From positions 103,356,001 through 103,420,000 of the forward strand of contig NW_024704743.1 of NCBI RefSeq assembly GCF_018977255.1: a stretch of DNA of 64,000 bases, in the 5' to 3' direction. The position numbers were made by a program, and so were the translations under genes. Position 1 is the stretch's first letter. Each line of letters begins with the position of its first letter. Source of the DNA: Callorhinchus milii. Its lineage: Eukaryota. Positions 14,015 to 27,417 of this stretch are shown here, piece after piece. A model generated the notes under the pieces. The model had not been told where the DNA came from. It did no database searches and worked only from the letters and a program-made list of their open reading frames with translations.

Positions 14015-14825
14015 TGGCACAGTGGTAGCACTCCCACCTCTGGGTCAAAAGTGGGTTCATGCTCCACATCGGGACTTGGAATTGCATAGTCTAAGATGAC
14101 ACTCCAATGCAGTGTTGGGGTTATGTTGCATTGTTGAAGTTACCATCTTTCAGATGAGACATTAAACCAAGGCTCCGCCTGCATACTTAGGTGGACATTA
14201 AAGATCCCATGACACTATTCAAACTATTCAACTCAAGTGCACACAAATCATTTAATGAGCCACCAAGGAAACGATCAAATAGTCACTTTCTTCTAGGTCA
14301 AACCTCTATGCGTGAAAACTGAATCGAATTTGAACGTCCGAGAATTTTTACAAAATAAATCTTAGAAATAAAACAAAACACTCTGGTAAATTGGGTAAAG
14401 CTTTGAATTAATGCCAGAAACAATTAAACAAGTCCTTGCAATTTTTTAAATGATGGAAAATCCCAAGATTACATCCTGACAAACTGGAATCGATTAATTG
14501 GCTTCAGGATTTAAAATAATAATTCTTGTGTTTTATTATTATTAACAATTTGGAAATAACAATGTCCTAGAACCATTGATGAAGTAAGTGAGTAATTTTG
14601 TCTGGGGGATTGATGGCCAGGACATCGGGAGAAATTCCCTTATCTTTTTGAATCATGCCATGGCATCTTTAACAAGTAAAGGTAAATGGAACCTCAGTTT
14701 GATGTTCCATTCCAAATACGATACCTATCTTCATCAATGCAGCACATCCCCAGCACTCCACTGTGGTTTGAACCCACAACCTTTCGACTCAGTGGTCAAA
14801 ATGCTAACAACTAAGCCAGGTTGAT
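14015..14825. mobile_element. Two DeuSINE fragments: + 14015-14225 and - 14575-14825 (others at ~4560-4870, 10440-10650, 30340-30660, 31505-31700, 44900-45225)
   Basis: gatgagacattaaaccaagg...gtggacattaaagatcccatgacactattc Deu-domain core and its reverse complement. Confidence 0.75.
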
Positions 14826-15359
14826 AAAAATCTCAGGTAATCATGGAACGTATCTCTTCCAACTCCTTAATGCAGCATTTAGTGTCCTGTAAACATTGTC
14901 TTACTGGCTCTTTTATTCGAAGCTTCATAGTTTTCTGACCCTGTAGATTGACTCACACATTAAATTAAGTGATTTCTGCATGTGAGGTAAATTCAAGTGT
15001 GATTTTAAATGTAAATTATGTTTTATACTGATAAGCATTCTGTCCATGTCTATAGTTTAATTAGATAAGATATTAAAATATATTTATTGACTATTGCATG
15101 GTTTATTTTGGTTAGATTGCAGGTTAATTGGATTGAAAGTTGAATATTTAAATTAACTGCGGAGGGACACTACTGTTCAAGTATACCCTGATACAAACTG
15201 TAAATGCACAGAAATGGGTCACTCAGATTTATCCACCACAGTCCATTTTGTATGTCAGCCTGGTTCAATTGGTTGCAGTCTCACCTCTGAGTCAGAAGGG
15301 TTATAGCGCAACATCTAGTCTTTGAATTCACACAGTATAGATTGATTGTGACACTCCAG

Positions 15360-15686
15360 TATAATAATAATATAATAATAATAATCCTTGCATTTGATAT
15401 AGCGCTTTTCACGTCGGGAGGACGTCCCAAAGCGCTTGACAGAACACACTGTAAAGTGAATTGACTGTATATTTGTGGGCGAACGCGGCAGCCAATTGCG
15501 CACAGCAATGTCCCACAAACAGTCGTAGATTGAAAATGACCAATTTATTATTGTTTTTGGTTTTGGAGGAATATTATTAGGGGTGTGGAGTAAGAAAACT
15601 TGCCCAAGGTTTCACCCTGCCTGGAATTGAACTCAGGTCTCTCGCTTGCAAAGCGAGTGCTCTAACCACTGAGCTACAGGACTCCA
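15360..15686 (-). mobile_element. Young full-length SINE, subfamily A
   Basis: Reverse complement of 29156-29477 with few differences. Confidence 0.92.
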
Positions 15687-16319
15687 CTGAAATAGTGTGT
15701 GTCAGCCTGGCTCAGTGGTAGTACTTTCACCTCCGGGGCAGAAGTGGGTTTACCCCCCACATTAGGACTGGGAATTGCATTGTCTAAGCACTGCATTGCA
15801 GTGTCAGCTTGATCAGAGTTTGAAATTGTGACTCGGGCTCTAATCCACAGCTTTCTGATTCAGGGGTAAGAGTGCTATACCAAGCGAGCAAGACTGCTGC
15901 CTAAAGCAAAAGCTTTTGATTAATGGGGATGGCTAACGCCACAAAATTTATAAGTAAGAAACTGGGTCGGATCCAAACTTGAATAGCTGTAAAATCGGTC
16001 AAGAAACATGAAAAATGTTAGTAGTATAATGTATAAAGTGACAGAAGGGATTCTGAGAGAAAGACTATGAAGGTAGCCTGCCTTTATCAAATCAAATTTT
16101 GATGACACTTCTGGATGACATAGGTGAAGTATAAAGTAAAGCACATCAAACTGTCAAACCGCTGACAGACCAATCTTCAGCAGATGTGGGTTAGCTCTGT
16201 ACAGATGAAAGTAACTTTTGTAATTGCTCAGATTTGATCTATGATAATTTACGTAAATGCAAATGAGACTGTACCTCTGATATAGAGGTGAGAAAAGAGA
16301 GGAAGCTTGAAGGAAATGT

Positions 16320-16760
16320 GGCTTGTTGTGCAGATCACATGGGACACTGATGTCAAACAAAAGGTTTGTGCAGATGACACCTTTGTCACAGAATCCTGTT
16401 GATGAATGAGCAAAGATGACAGGAGCTCACTCTCAGATGTAAAGTGCCACTTGGGAACAGGAAACTGAGACAGCGATCAAGTAGTTGTGCGATTATATAG
16501 ATTCAGGCATATTATCATGGCTTGTAAACAATCTAATCACTATTTCCCCATTCCTTGGGATTCTCCATTTGTGGATCTGAGTAGCCAGTAGTGAATTCAA
16601 TTGTGAAGCTCTGAATATCCAGTCCTTTGTGATCTAACTGACACTTTTTTGATCCCAACATCTACAAAAATAGTAGGGTTAAGCATTACCTCACCCTTTA
16701 CAATTTTGTCCTGTAACAAGTTCTTTATTGCCCCTGAAAATATCCCAAAGGGAAAAGCGC
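16320..16760 (-). mobile_element. Probable decayed Harbinger transposase fragment
   Basis: Ordered remnants FP..GAI, NCKG, DHKG, TGYS-GST, YLIA.S-FPV.KW..T, CDLHN. Confidence 0.5.
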
Positions 16761-16761
16761 A

Positions 16762-17142
16762 TGGAGTCCTGGAGCATATTGGTTAGAGCACTCGCCTCAC
16801 AAGTGAGATGACTGGGGTTCAATTTCTGGGCAAGGTGAAATCTTAGGCAAGTTTCCTTACTCTACACACCTCTATTTACCTAGCAGTTAGTAGGAACCCA
16901 GTTGTTAGTCATTTGGCAGATCGCTTTCTGGGGGTAATAATCCCTTCAAAAAAATAAATAAGTCAATCAACCCACGACTGAGTAGGACACTGCTGTGCGC
17001 ATTTGGCTGTCCTGTTTTGCGCACAAAACATACAGTCAATTCACTTTACAGTATATTCTTTGAAGTGCCTTGAGACACCTCAATAACATGAAAAAACATT
17101 ATATCAAATGTAAGGATTATTATTATTGTTATTATTATTATT
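16762..17142 (+). mobile_element. Full-length tRNA SINE, subfamily B (longer central segment)
   Basis: Same head as subfamily A plus tatttacctagcagttagtaggaacccagttgttagtc...gatcgcttt; (att)n tail. Confidence 0.88.
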
Positions 17143-18140
17143 ATCAAATGCAAGCATTATTTCTTCTGCTGCACATTTTAGATTTATTGGTAATGGTGTA
17201 TAATTTTCAATTACGACTCTTAACCTTTTCTTTTTAGGGAAAAAATTATGAAGTGATGTTAGCTACTTCGCTGTCTTCAAGAATTTCTCTTGAACATAGC
17301 TTGAAACACTTACATGTCTGTGAAGCTGTCCTAATTCTTTTATAGAAAGAATATGATAACCAAAGTATATAGATACATTTAAATAGCAACTAGGCTGTTA
17401 TGTGGATTATACTCTAGTGATAACAGTAGGAAATTATTTTATTTGCACAGTAGGGACACAGCTGGCAGAATTAAAATGAGAACTGGCAAGGTGGTAATCA
17501 CAAAATGATTGGGAGATGATTATATAAAAGAATTACTAAACTGTCATTTATTTTACTAATGAAATGATATATATGTACAATGCTGAGGCCATGAAAGCAA
17601 TCACCAAGAAATAATTAACTTCACATAATGTAATGGCATCAATAACCTTGGAGCTTTGATAAGTACTGAGGGAGATGCATCTAATTATCCCAAAATATAC
17701 TTGTTATAGAATTTACGTTCTAATAATGTTTAATTATTTTCATATTGCACTTTTATTTCTACATGGACTATAATTAAATCTTCTCTGGGTCAGAACTGTG
17801 AAGTAAATTTTTTAACATTTCATAACAAATTCAATGCTATGACATTAAATCAGTTACGAAATGTCTCCAATTTACTCCCTGGGGTTTTATTTTTTTTAAA
17901 ATTCTAAATATTTGGTGATGACAACAATATTCTCAAACCACAAGTCAAAATGTATCAGAACCAAAGGAAACTATGACAGAGAATTGATTATGTTCACTAA
18001 TTGCAACCAGCCCAATTGTGGATGAGCAGACAGTGTGGATAATTGGTCACCAGTTGGGCCAACAGAAAAGTCTGGCATTGGCAAAAAGTTGCCATTGAAG
18101 AATGGCAACTCCAACAGTCCAGCACTCCCCCAGCACTGCA

Positions 18141-18302
18141 CCTCTTTGACCATGCTTTCGGTCATCCTCCTATCCCTACCCTCCAGGCCCTCCACCCCTC
18201 CTGACCCCAACCACCAGCTTGGGTGCAGATCCCTGACTGTCCAGTACCTTGGGACGTCCTCCTGATATGAAAGGCGCTATACAAATATAATTTGTTGTTG
18301 TT
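18141..18302 (+). mobile_element. L2 3' end inserted in a DeuSINE remnant
   Basis: L2 hairpin/tail splits cccagcactgca|ttgaagtgtcag. Confidence 0.8.
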
Positions 18303-19310
18303 GAAGTGTCAGTCAAGATTGTTTATTAGATTATGAGAAATACGTTAACCCAATTCCTATCTTTTCTCCATACTCATTTATACTCTCACCTCCCAAGTAT
18401 CTTTATTTCCTTTAAGCATCCCAGTTCTGTCTCTGTGCCTTTTTAAGGCTAAATGATTCTACATTTTCACAACTCTCTGTGTGAAGAAACATTTCCTGAT
18501 CTCAATGTTAACCATCCATGCACTCATTTTTAAAATGATGACATTTTTTGGTTTGTATCACTCTACCAGTAAAATGTAGAATTCTGTTAAAAGCCTTTTC
18601 TCTAGAGATCATATTCCATTATTAAAACTATTTTTGACATTTGAGACCCTTTGTTAGTTTTTTTTCATTTCAATGTCACAGTGTGTGAGCTCAGCTAATG
18701 TCAACACACATGAATCATTCAGCAGGGGTCTGAGTACAGTGATTAGTAATCCTGACTGTTCTTTCTCTCCTTAAACCAAGCTGATTGTAGTACCCCAAAT
18801 GCTACTCCAGCTGAGACCAGCTCATTCAGCTCAGGCCAGACAGTTTTCAAGCTGTAAAATTATGGAAGAGGTTGGCTCGGAGACTGGAGGATGAATAGAC
18901 ACCCTGCCAGATTACTGAATTTAGAATGTGGACCTTATTCTCCTCGGTTGCTAAATGCGCACACTTATTTATCAATAGCTCAATGCAAACTTCCAAAAGA
19001 TTCAAAGTGACACATTTGAAATGATAACCCATGCAGAGCATTTAGGCCAGAGATGAAAAACAAAGATGGCGTTCTTCAAGTGAGATTCAAGTGAGTTTCA
19101 AGAAAATGATGAATACCAATGTTCCTGCTGGGGAGAGTGACCAGTGGGATTCTGCAGAAGTCTGCCCTGTGCCCTATGGTATTCACGTTATTCAAAATTA
19201 TAATGAAGCTTTGTGTTCTAGCCCTGGCCTGTTCTGATGGTTCAGGAGGATGTTAAAGATCTCATAAGAAAAATTGTAAGGAATTCTCCCAATGTCCTGG
19301 GCAATAGATT

Positions 19311-19617
19311 TGTGGTTAGAGCATTCGCCTCACAAACGAGAGGATCTGGGTTTGATTCCCAGGCATGGCGAAACGATGGGCAACTTTCCTTACTCCACAA
19401 GCCTCTGTTTACCAGCAGTGAGTATGAATCGCTTTTCCAGGATAATAATCCTGTAAAAAAGAATAATTTGGTTATTCAATCCATGAGTGTTTCCTGGACA
19501 CTGCAGTGCGCAATTGGCTGCTGCGTTTCGACCATAAAATGTACAGTGAATTTGCTTTACAGTGTATTCTGATACATCTAGAAGACGTGATAAGATGCAT
19601 AGATTATTATTATTATT
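19311..19617 (+). mobile_element. SINE subfamily B with internal deletions
   Basis: gtggttagagcattcgcctcacaa head, B box, shared 3' module. Confidence 0.82.
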
Positions 19618-20955
19618 ACAATCATTTTTTAACACAAAAATATAACAAAAATCTTTTGTAAACACTATGGGGAAGTCCAGATTCATTTTTCATGAACTGA
19701 ACAATAAAACATTCCAGCTATTATAATATTCTTCCCTCCACCAAATTAATCAGAAATAGATTTGAATATTTGAGAGAAATTCCACCGATTACATAAAGTT
19801 TTGTCTCTGGCATTACAATACGGAAACAGGTCATTCTCCCCATCTATTCCATGGGGTGTATACGTTCACGAAATTCGCCAATTAAAATAATTTCAGGGAT
19901 TTCGTGAAATTTACTGTAACATATATATGGCCTCTTGTCAAACTCCATTTTCTTCCTGCCATAGAGTGGATCGATTTCAAGATCCTCACTCTTGTATTTA
20001 AAACCCTTCATGATTACAGAGAGAATAAAGAGGCTACATACAGAACCTGTAGAACCACAGAACAGGCCCATCAGCCCTTGTCTAATGTCTGAATACATGC
20101 AACAGTGAATCAGATTCAAAGTAGTATGGAGCAGAACACATATTTTATATCAATACAGATATTGCCCCATGCCTGTTCCTTTGAGAAAGACTGAAGAGAA
20201 TGTTTTATGCTGAGAATCAAACCATGTATATGTGATTAGGGAGAATAGAAAAGGGCATGGGGAAAAGGCAAAGGAGTGAGACTTAAAAAAAAGCTGTTTT
20301 ATTATGGGCAAAATAGCCTCCTTCTGTGTTGAGATATTCTATCATTTCTAATTGTGATTTGTGTTCAGATTGCTTTCCTCCTCCGCAGGTTTACTCAGCT
20401 CAGTTTGTTCCCGCAGCAATCACCAATGACGGTGAAAACTCTAAACTTCCCGCTCAGAGTCCAAATGATAACTATGCGTTTTGGATTGTTGCTTTCAAAT
20501 CTGTTATTTATTGAAACAATTGAAGTGAAAATGCAATTTTTTTCCCATTGGTGAATGCTAGCTACCCTTCCAGCAGACAGGTGTTGTTATTTCCAAGGCT
20601 GGAGTGTTCAGTGTCTAGCTTTGGAAATAATAGCCTCAGTCTTCACTGCACTCTCCTCCACTTCTCAGAGAAATCAGTGAAGCAGTTTCAGTCTATTAAG
20701 ATGTTCATATAAGACCAGTTTTTCAAGCTGTTTTAACTCTTAAAATACCAGTAGTCCAGTCCAGATTTCAGGCCACAATATTGAAACAGACCATGAGTTA
20801 AACCTTATTATTACGCCTGAAGACCTTCCTCTTTGACCGTGCCTATAGTCAACTCCCCCGTCCCCCTCCGCTGCTGTCAAGTGCTGTGCAATGCTAACCT
20901 GGGTGAGCAACTCTATATAAATGCAAGTTGTTGTTATTAGATTTCATGAGCAGCT

Positions 20956-20986
<31 letters not shown>

Positions 20987-22109
20987 TGTACTATAGACAT
21001 ACAAAAAAGTGAAACACTTTTATGACTATATAATTTCCCCTTTTTCTATTTCCCCTTTCTGTCTTTTCCTCCTTATCCTTTCCTGTGATTTCATGACTTT
21101 ATTATTATTTTATATCAATTACTCAGTGATATCTGCTCTACACCTTAATAAAAACCTCAAATAATCTACTTACTATTTAACACTGTTTTTCTGCTTTCAG
21201 TACTAGCTATGTTCTTGGAGTATTCTCTGAATACACCTCTTAAAGGTTAAATACAGAAGTGCAGTTTGAAGTTGCTACTTCCTGTAATTGTATGCTTTAT
21301 GTTTAGATGTGACACACGGTAGTGAACTGTAGAATTCTCAGTCGCAGATGATTTTGGCATTCTGGCTGAAGCAGAAGGAGGGGATGAAATATAAAAAATG
21401 AAACGCATGAAATTCAAAATGTTGTGCTGGTTCTTGGATTCTACTTCAAGATACTCTGCTGTTTTACATGCAGTCTGCAATAACAGAATCAATCTCGCAC
21501 CAAGGAGTCCAAACCCAAACTGTGAATTCCGAATTCATTGTTAAATCTTCTGATGCATATTTTTTTTAAAATAACGGAACTTTGTTGCTTCATTTCAAAA
21601 ACAATACATGGATATTTACATGAATTAGAATGGAATATGCACGCTATCTCTGGAGGGATAATCCTGGTTACCTCATTCCAGAGAATAGGTACAGACAGGT
21701 AAGAGACAAGGTTGGGGACTTTAAAGTGTGCATTGGGTCACGGCTGGAGTCTAACCAACTAAACCATATAGCTAGGAGGGTAAATTGTGTTGACAATAAA
21801 TGGAGCTCCAGTGAATAGTAAAGAAATTTTCTGCCTTCATATAAAAAAAATACATTTCAATAGCACATTGAAATAAATTGTAATGCAAGGCATAGGAATG
21901 GCTTTTGAAGCATGCTATGAAGTGGGCAAGCTGTATGGTTTTAGCAGAGTATAATGATGAATGGAACTTGTACCTGGTGTGAATAAGGATCGAGTTTGAT
22001 GAGAGGAGGGATCTTTTTTCTATCAAGCAATGACATCTTTGGACTTGGGACTAAGCCATTGTGCCAAAATCAATACCAACAACAACTTGCATTTATACAA
22101 CATCCTTCA

Positions 22110-22290
22110 CAATAAATTGGTCATTTTCAATCCACGACTGTTTGTGGGACATTGCTGTGCACAATTGGCTGCCGCGTTCGCCCACAAATATACAGTCAAT
22201 TCACTTTACAGCATATTCTGTGAAGCGCTTTGAGACGTCTAGAAGACGTGAAAAGCACTATATCAAATGCAAGGATTATTATTAATATTA
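22110..22290 (+). mobile_element. 5'-truncated SINE (A/B intermediate tail)
   Basis: aataaattggtcattttcaatccacgactg...gagacgtctagaagacgtgaaaagcactatatcaaatgcaaggattatt. Confidence 0.88.
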
Positions 22291-22860
22291 TTGTTCACTC
22301 TCAGAGAGCTTTACAAAGGTGGGGTCAGACACTGAGCAAGGGGGAAGGGGAAGGTTATCATAACAACAGCAACTTGCACTTATATAGCACCCTCCACGCA
22401 GGGTAGTGTCTCAGAGTGCTTGATATGGTCAAATAAACTTAAAGAGAAAAGGACTTCAAGAGAGGTAGAGATGGAATTAGAGAAAGGAAGTTCCAAAGTT
22501 TAGGGGTATAGAAAATGAAGTCTGAGCCACCAATAATAGCTCATTGGGCTACAAGGATGGTCAGCAAGCTTGAGGTAAACAAGAAGAGAGAGCACACAGA
22601 AATATGGGGTAGAAGATCACAGAGATGAGTGTTACATGGTTCACCTCACTACAAAATATTTAATAATTGTGCAGGGCTACATGAGCAATTGCAATTAAAA
22701 TAATCTCATCTCAAGGCTCATTTACCAAACTACTTAAAATTAATTTTCTCAATTTATACCTCACTGATTCCCTCGTTGAGTTTTTTTGGTACATTCATGT
22801 AATCACTGGAAGGTAATATTTGTTTTCAACATGAATCACCTTTTACCTTTCCACCTTAAA

Positions 22861-23415
22861 TCAGCCTGGCTCAGCTGATAGCACTATCATTTCTGGATCA
22901 TAAGATTATGGATTCAAGCCCAATTTTGGGACTTTGAACTCCCAGTCTAACTCTCCAATGCAGTGTTGCAGGTGTGCTGCATTGTTTGAGGTGCTGTGCT
23001 CTGGATGAAATGTTAAATTGAGGAAACATCTGTCCGTTTAGGGGTATAGATAAATTTCTTATTGCAAAAGGGATTAAGGGATATGGGGATAAGGCAGGGT
23101 TAGGTTATTAGCTGGAGTTAGATTAGAAAATCAGCCATGATTCAATGGTGGGGCAGGCTCGAAGGGCCGAATGGCCTACTCCTGCTTCTACATTTTATGT
23201 TATGTTAAAGTTTCCATTGCACTATTCGAAAAGAGAAAGGTGTTTTTCCCTGTCCTTCCAACAGTCCACCCACAATAAAATTGGTCATTCACTTTAGTAG
23301 CAGTTTGTGCTAATCTACAAAAATACAAATTCACTATACTCTACAGGATATACTGTAAGATATGTTGATATATCTTGGTGATGTGAAAGGTGTTATATAA
23401 CAAATGCAAGGATGA
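22861..23415 (+). mobile_element. DeuSINE interrupted by a CR1 3' end (~23045-23205)
   Basis: Head and Deu domain split by gggattaagggatatgggg...ggccgaatggcctactcctgct..ttatgttatgtt. Confidence 0.8.
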
Positions 23416-23731
23416 TTTTTTTCCTGGCAGCTCCAGTTCAGTGCCAAGTGCAGCTTGTTTTTCAGATTGCTTTTGGTGTACATGCCTCATAATGAGATGT
23501 CATAGAAAAAAAGGAAAGAAACGCATTTATATCCTGTTCCTACTTCACAATTATCTTTAATGAAAAGTGTGTGATATGAATGACACACACGTTGGAAACA
23601 GAATGCCGTAAAAGTTAGAACTATGATAGGATGCCTTCTTCCCAAAGAGAGTATTTGGAACACACTGCCCCTAAAACTAAAAAAAAAACTTAAATAAAAA
23701 CCATAATCCAGAGTGAGAGAGAAAGGCGAGA

Positions 23732-24658
23732 ATGGCATGGCTGGTGTTGTGCGATCACTGCAGTATGTGGGAGTTAATGGAGGGCAGCCTGAGCCTGGGA
23801 GACTACATCTGTAGCAAGTGTCTACAACTGAGGAAGCTCCAGCTTAGAGTAGCTGAGCTGGAATCCGAGGTGCAGACATTCCACAGCATTAAGGAAGGTG
23901 TGCGCTTCCTGAATAGTTTCATCCAGGAGACAATCACTCCCCTGAGGCTCAGCAAATGTATAGATCCTGCTACTAGTCAGGGACAGGACAGTGTGACTGA
24001 CAGTCAGGCAGGTAAGGGGACCCCAGAGAGAGTGGTGGAGAAGCCTCAGGTCTTAACCTTGTCCAACAGGTACGAGGTACTTGCAACCTGTGTGGACAAG
24101 GAAGTCTGTAAGGAGGAGGATGGGCAAACTGACCCCATCACCTCTATACAGGAGGCCACACAAGTGGGGGGAGTTAAACAGAATGTAGTTGTGATAAGGG
24201 ACGAGACAGTCAGGCAGACAGACACTCTTCTCTGCAGCTGCAACCAGGAGTCACAAAGGCTCTGTTACCTTCCTGGGGCCAGGGTTAAGGTCGTCTCTTT
24301 TGGACTGGAGAAGAATTTGAATCAGGAAGAGGATGATCCAATTGTGGTGATCCACATAGGAACCAACAGTATAGGTAAGAGTAGCAGTGACGACTTGAGG
24401 AGTGAGTTCAATGAACTGGGAATGAAATTAAAAGGAAGAACTTCTAAGGTGATAATCTCCGGATTACTGCCTAAGCCACGCGCAAATTGGTACAGGGACA
24501 AACAAATGAAAGAGTTAAACTCGTGGCTGAAAGAGTGGTGCGGGAGACAGAGGTTTTGTTTTATGGGCCACTGGCACCAGTATTGGGGGAAAAGGGAGCT
24601 GTTCCATCGAGATGGACTCTACCTTAACTGGGCTGGGACCAATGTCCTGGCAAAATGA
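23732..24658 (+). pseudogene. CR1 ORF1p (zinc knuckle/leucine zipper + SGNH esterase-like domain), 308 codons open
   Basis: CxxC...CxxC then LQLRVAELE heptads; LSNRYEVL; PGARV, HIGTNS, DGLYLN correspond to the SGNH blocks of CR1 ORF1p. Confidence 0.85.
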
Positions 24659-24873
24659 TTAAATAGGGAGATAGGCAGAGCTTCAAACTATTAAGAGGTG
24701 GGGGGAGGGAGGCTCAAAGCTACAGTTAAACGTAACCCGGCATTGCAAGGAACAGTCATGGCTGTAGAGCAGAGTAGCGACTTGGGAGATAAAGAACAGA
24801 GTGTGTCAAGTAGGGACAAAAAGCTCAACAAAGGAAATAGTTCATTAACGAGTAGGAGAAATAGTAAGAGGTC

Positions 24874-27417
24874 AAAATTAAAGGTGCTATATCTGAATGC
24901 ACGAAGCATTCGTAACAAGATAGACAAATTATTCGCCCCCTCCTTAGCCTCCTTCAAGTCCCACCTCAAGATCCTCCTCTTCAACCATGCCATCGGCCAT
25001 CCCGCTTCCCCTCCGCTCCCTTACTCCCCCAAACCCAGCTCGAGTCTGAAATGCTGTACTCTGTCCAGCGCCTTGAGACGTCCTCCTGAAGTGAAAGGCG
25101 CTATACAAATGTAATCTTGTTGTTCTTGTTGAGTGCACAAATATACATAAATGGGTACGATTCAGTGGCTATTACTGAGACGTTATTACAGGGAGACCAA
25201 GGGTGGGAGCTAAACATTCCGGGGTATTCGACATGTCGGAAAAATAGGCAATGTGGAAAATGAGGTTGGAGGGGTAGCCCTGCTAATAAAGGATGAGATA
25301 AAAACAGTAGAGTGGAAGGATTTTAAATCAGAAAATCAGGATGGAGAGTCAGTATGGGTGGAGGTAAGAAACAACAAGGGGCAGAAAACACCAATGGGAG
25401 TAGGTTATAAACCCCCAAACAGCAGTTACAGTATTGGGCAAGGTATTAATCAGGAAATTAGAGGAGCATGTAGCAAGAGGAATACACTAATAGTGGATGA
25501 TTTCAATCTTCATATATAAATAAAGCCAACTTTGCAGGTATGAGAGAAGATTTGGCTAAAATAGACTGGGAAATCAGATTTAAAAATATCATGGTAGACC
25601 ATCAATGGCAAACGTTTAAAGATATAGTACATAATTCCCAGCGATCACATATTCCCTTGAAAAATAAAAATACCATAGGTAAAGTGGTTCAACCTTGGCT
25701 AACTAGAGAAGTTAGAAAAAGTATAACATTAAAAGAAGAGGCCTATAATACTGCCTAAAATAGCAGTAAACCTGAGGATTGAGAGGACTTTAGAGATCAG
25801 CAAAGGAAAACCAAGACACTGATTAAGAGGGAGAAAATGGAATATGAGGGTAAACTAGCTAGGAACATAAAGACAGATTGTAAGTTTTTACAAGTACATA
25901 AAGAAGAAGAGACTATCAAAAGTGAATGTGGGTCCATTGCAGGCAGAGAAAGGAGAAATTATAATAGGAAATAAAGAAATAGCAGAATCATTAAATAATT
26001 ATTTTGCTTCTGTCTTCACGTAAGAGGACAATGAAAACTTACCGAAAATAGAGGGGAACTGGAAGCTAATGTTGGTGAGGAACTTAAAGGAATGAACATC
26101 AGCAATTGTACTAGAGTACTAGAGAAATTGATAGGATTAAAACCGATAAATCCCCTGGACCTGATGGCCTGCATCTTAGAGTTTTAAAAGAGGTGGCTGC
26201 AGAGATAGTGGATGCTTTGTTTTTGATCTTCCAAAATTCCCTGGATTCTGGAATGGTTCCCAGTGATTGGAAGATCGCAAAATATATTTAAGAAGGGTGA
26301 GAAAAAAAAATGTGGAGCTATAGACCAGTTAGTCTGACATCGGTGGTAGAGAAAATTCTGGAGTCCTTAATTAGGGATGTCGTCGGGAATTATTTAGAAA
26401 ATCATAACATGTTTAGGCAGAGTCAACATGGCTTTATGAAAAGGAAATCATGTTTAACAAAATTTTAGAGTTCTTTGAGGATGTAGGTTAGTTAGGGGGG
26501 AACCAGCAGATGTGGTGTATTAGATTTCCGGAAGGCATTCGACAAGGTGCCACATAAAAGGCTGCTGCATAAGATTAAGCCGATGGAATTAAAGGCAATA
26601 TATTAGCATGGATTGGAGAGTGGCTAACAGGAAGAAAACAGAGAGTAGAGATAAACGGGTCCTTCTCAGATTGGCAGGATGTGACTAGTGGAGTGCCAGA
26701 AGGATCAGTGCTTGGACCTCAATTATTTATAGTATATATCAATGATTTAGATGAGAAAATAGAACTTAATGTATTTAAATTCGTGAACAATATAAAGATA
26801 GGTGGGAGAGTAAGCTGTGAGGATGACACACAAAGGATGCAATGGGAAATAGACAGGCTAGGTGAATGGGCAAGAAGTGGCAGATAGTGTATAACGTGGG
26901 GAAGCGTGAAGTTATTCACCTAGGTAGTAAAAATAGAAAAGCGGATTATTTTCTAGAGGGGGAGAGACTGGGTAGTGTTAGTATTCAGAGGGATTTGGGT
27001 GTCCTTGTACACCAGTCACAAAAGGTTAGTATGCAGGTACAGCAAGTAACTAAGAAGGCTAATGCCGTGTTGGCATTTGTTGCAAAAGGGTTAGAGTACA
27101 AGAGTAGGGGAGTCTTGCTGCAGTTGCATAAGGCCTTGGTGAGACCGCAACTAGAATATTGTGTGCAGTTTTGGTCTCTTTATTTAAGAAAGGACATATT
27201 CGCCTTAGAGAAGGTTCAGCGTAGATTCACTAGGTTGGTTCCTGGGATGAGAGGGTTGACCTATGAGGATAGGTTGAATAAACTAGGCCTATATTCTCTA
27301 GAATGTAGAAGAATTAGAGGTGATCTTATAGAAACCTATAAGATTCCCCTGGTTGAAGAATCTAAAACTCGGGGTCATAGTCTCAAGATTAAGGGTCAGC
27401 CTTTCAAAATGAGTTGA
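24874..27417 (+). pseudogene. CR1 ORF2 (APE endonuclease + reverse transcriptase), disrupted
   Basis: Multiple stops/frameshifts, an L2 insertion at 24931-25130, an internal deletion after DFNLHI (~25517), and FVNN in place of the FADD catalytic motif. Confidence 0.9.
24931..25130 (+). mobile_element. L2 LINE 3' fragment nested in CR1 ORF2
   Basis: L2 3' hairpin and (ttg)n tail; removing it restores CR1 reading KIDKL|SAQI. Confidence 0.9.

Noticed and set aside
15281..15518. Recurrent short ORF family (…[14 protein letters not shown]) appearing many times
   Set aside because: Translations of the SINE 3' module, not a peptide gene family.
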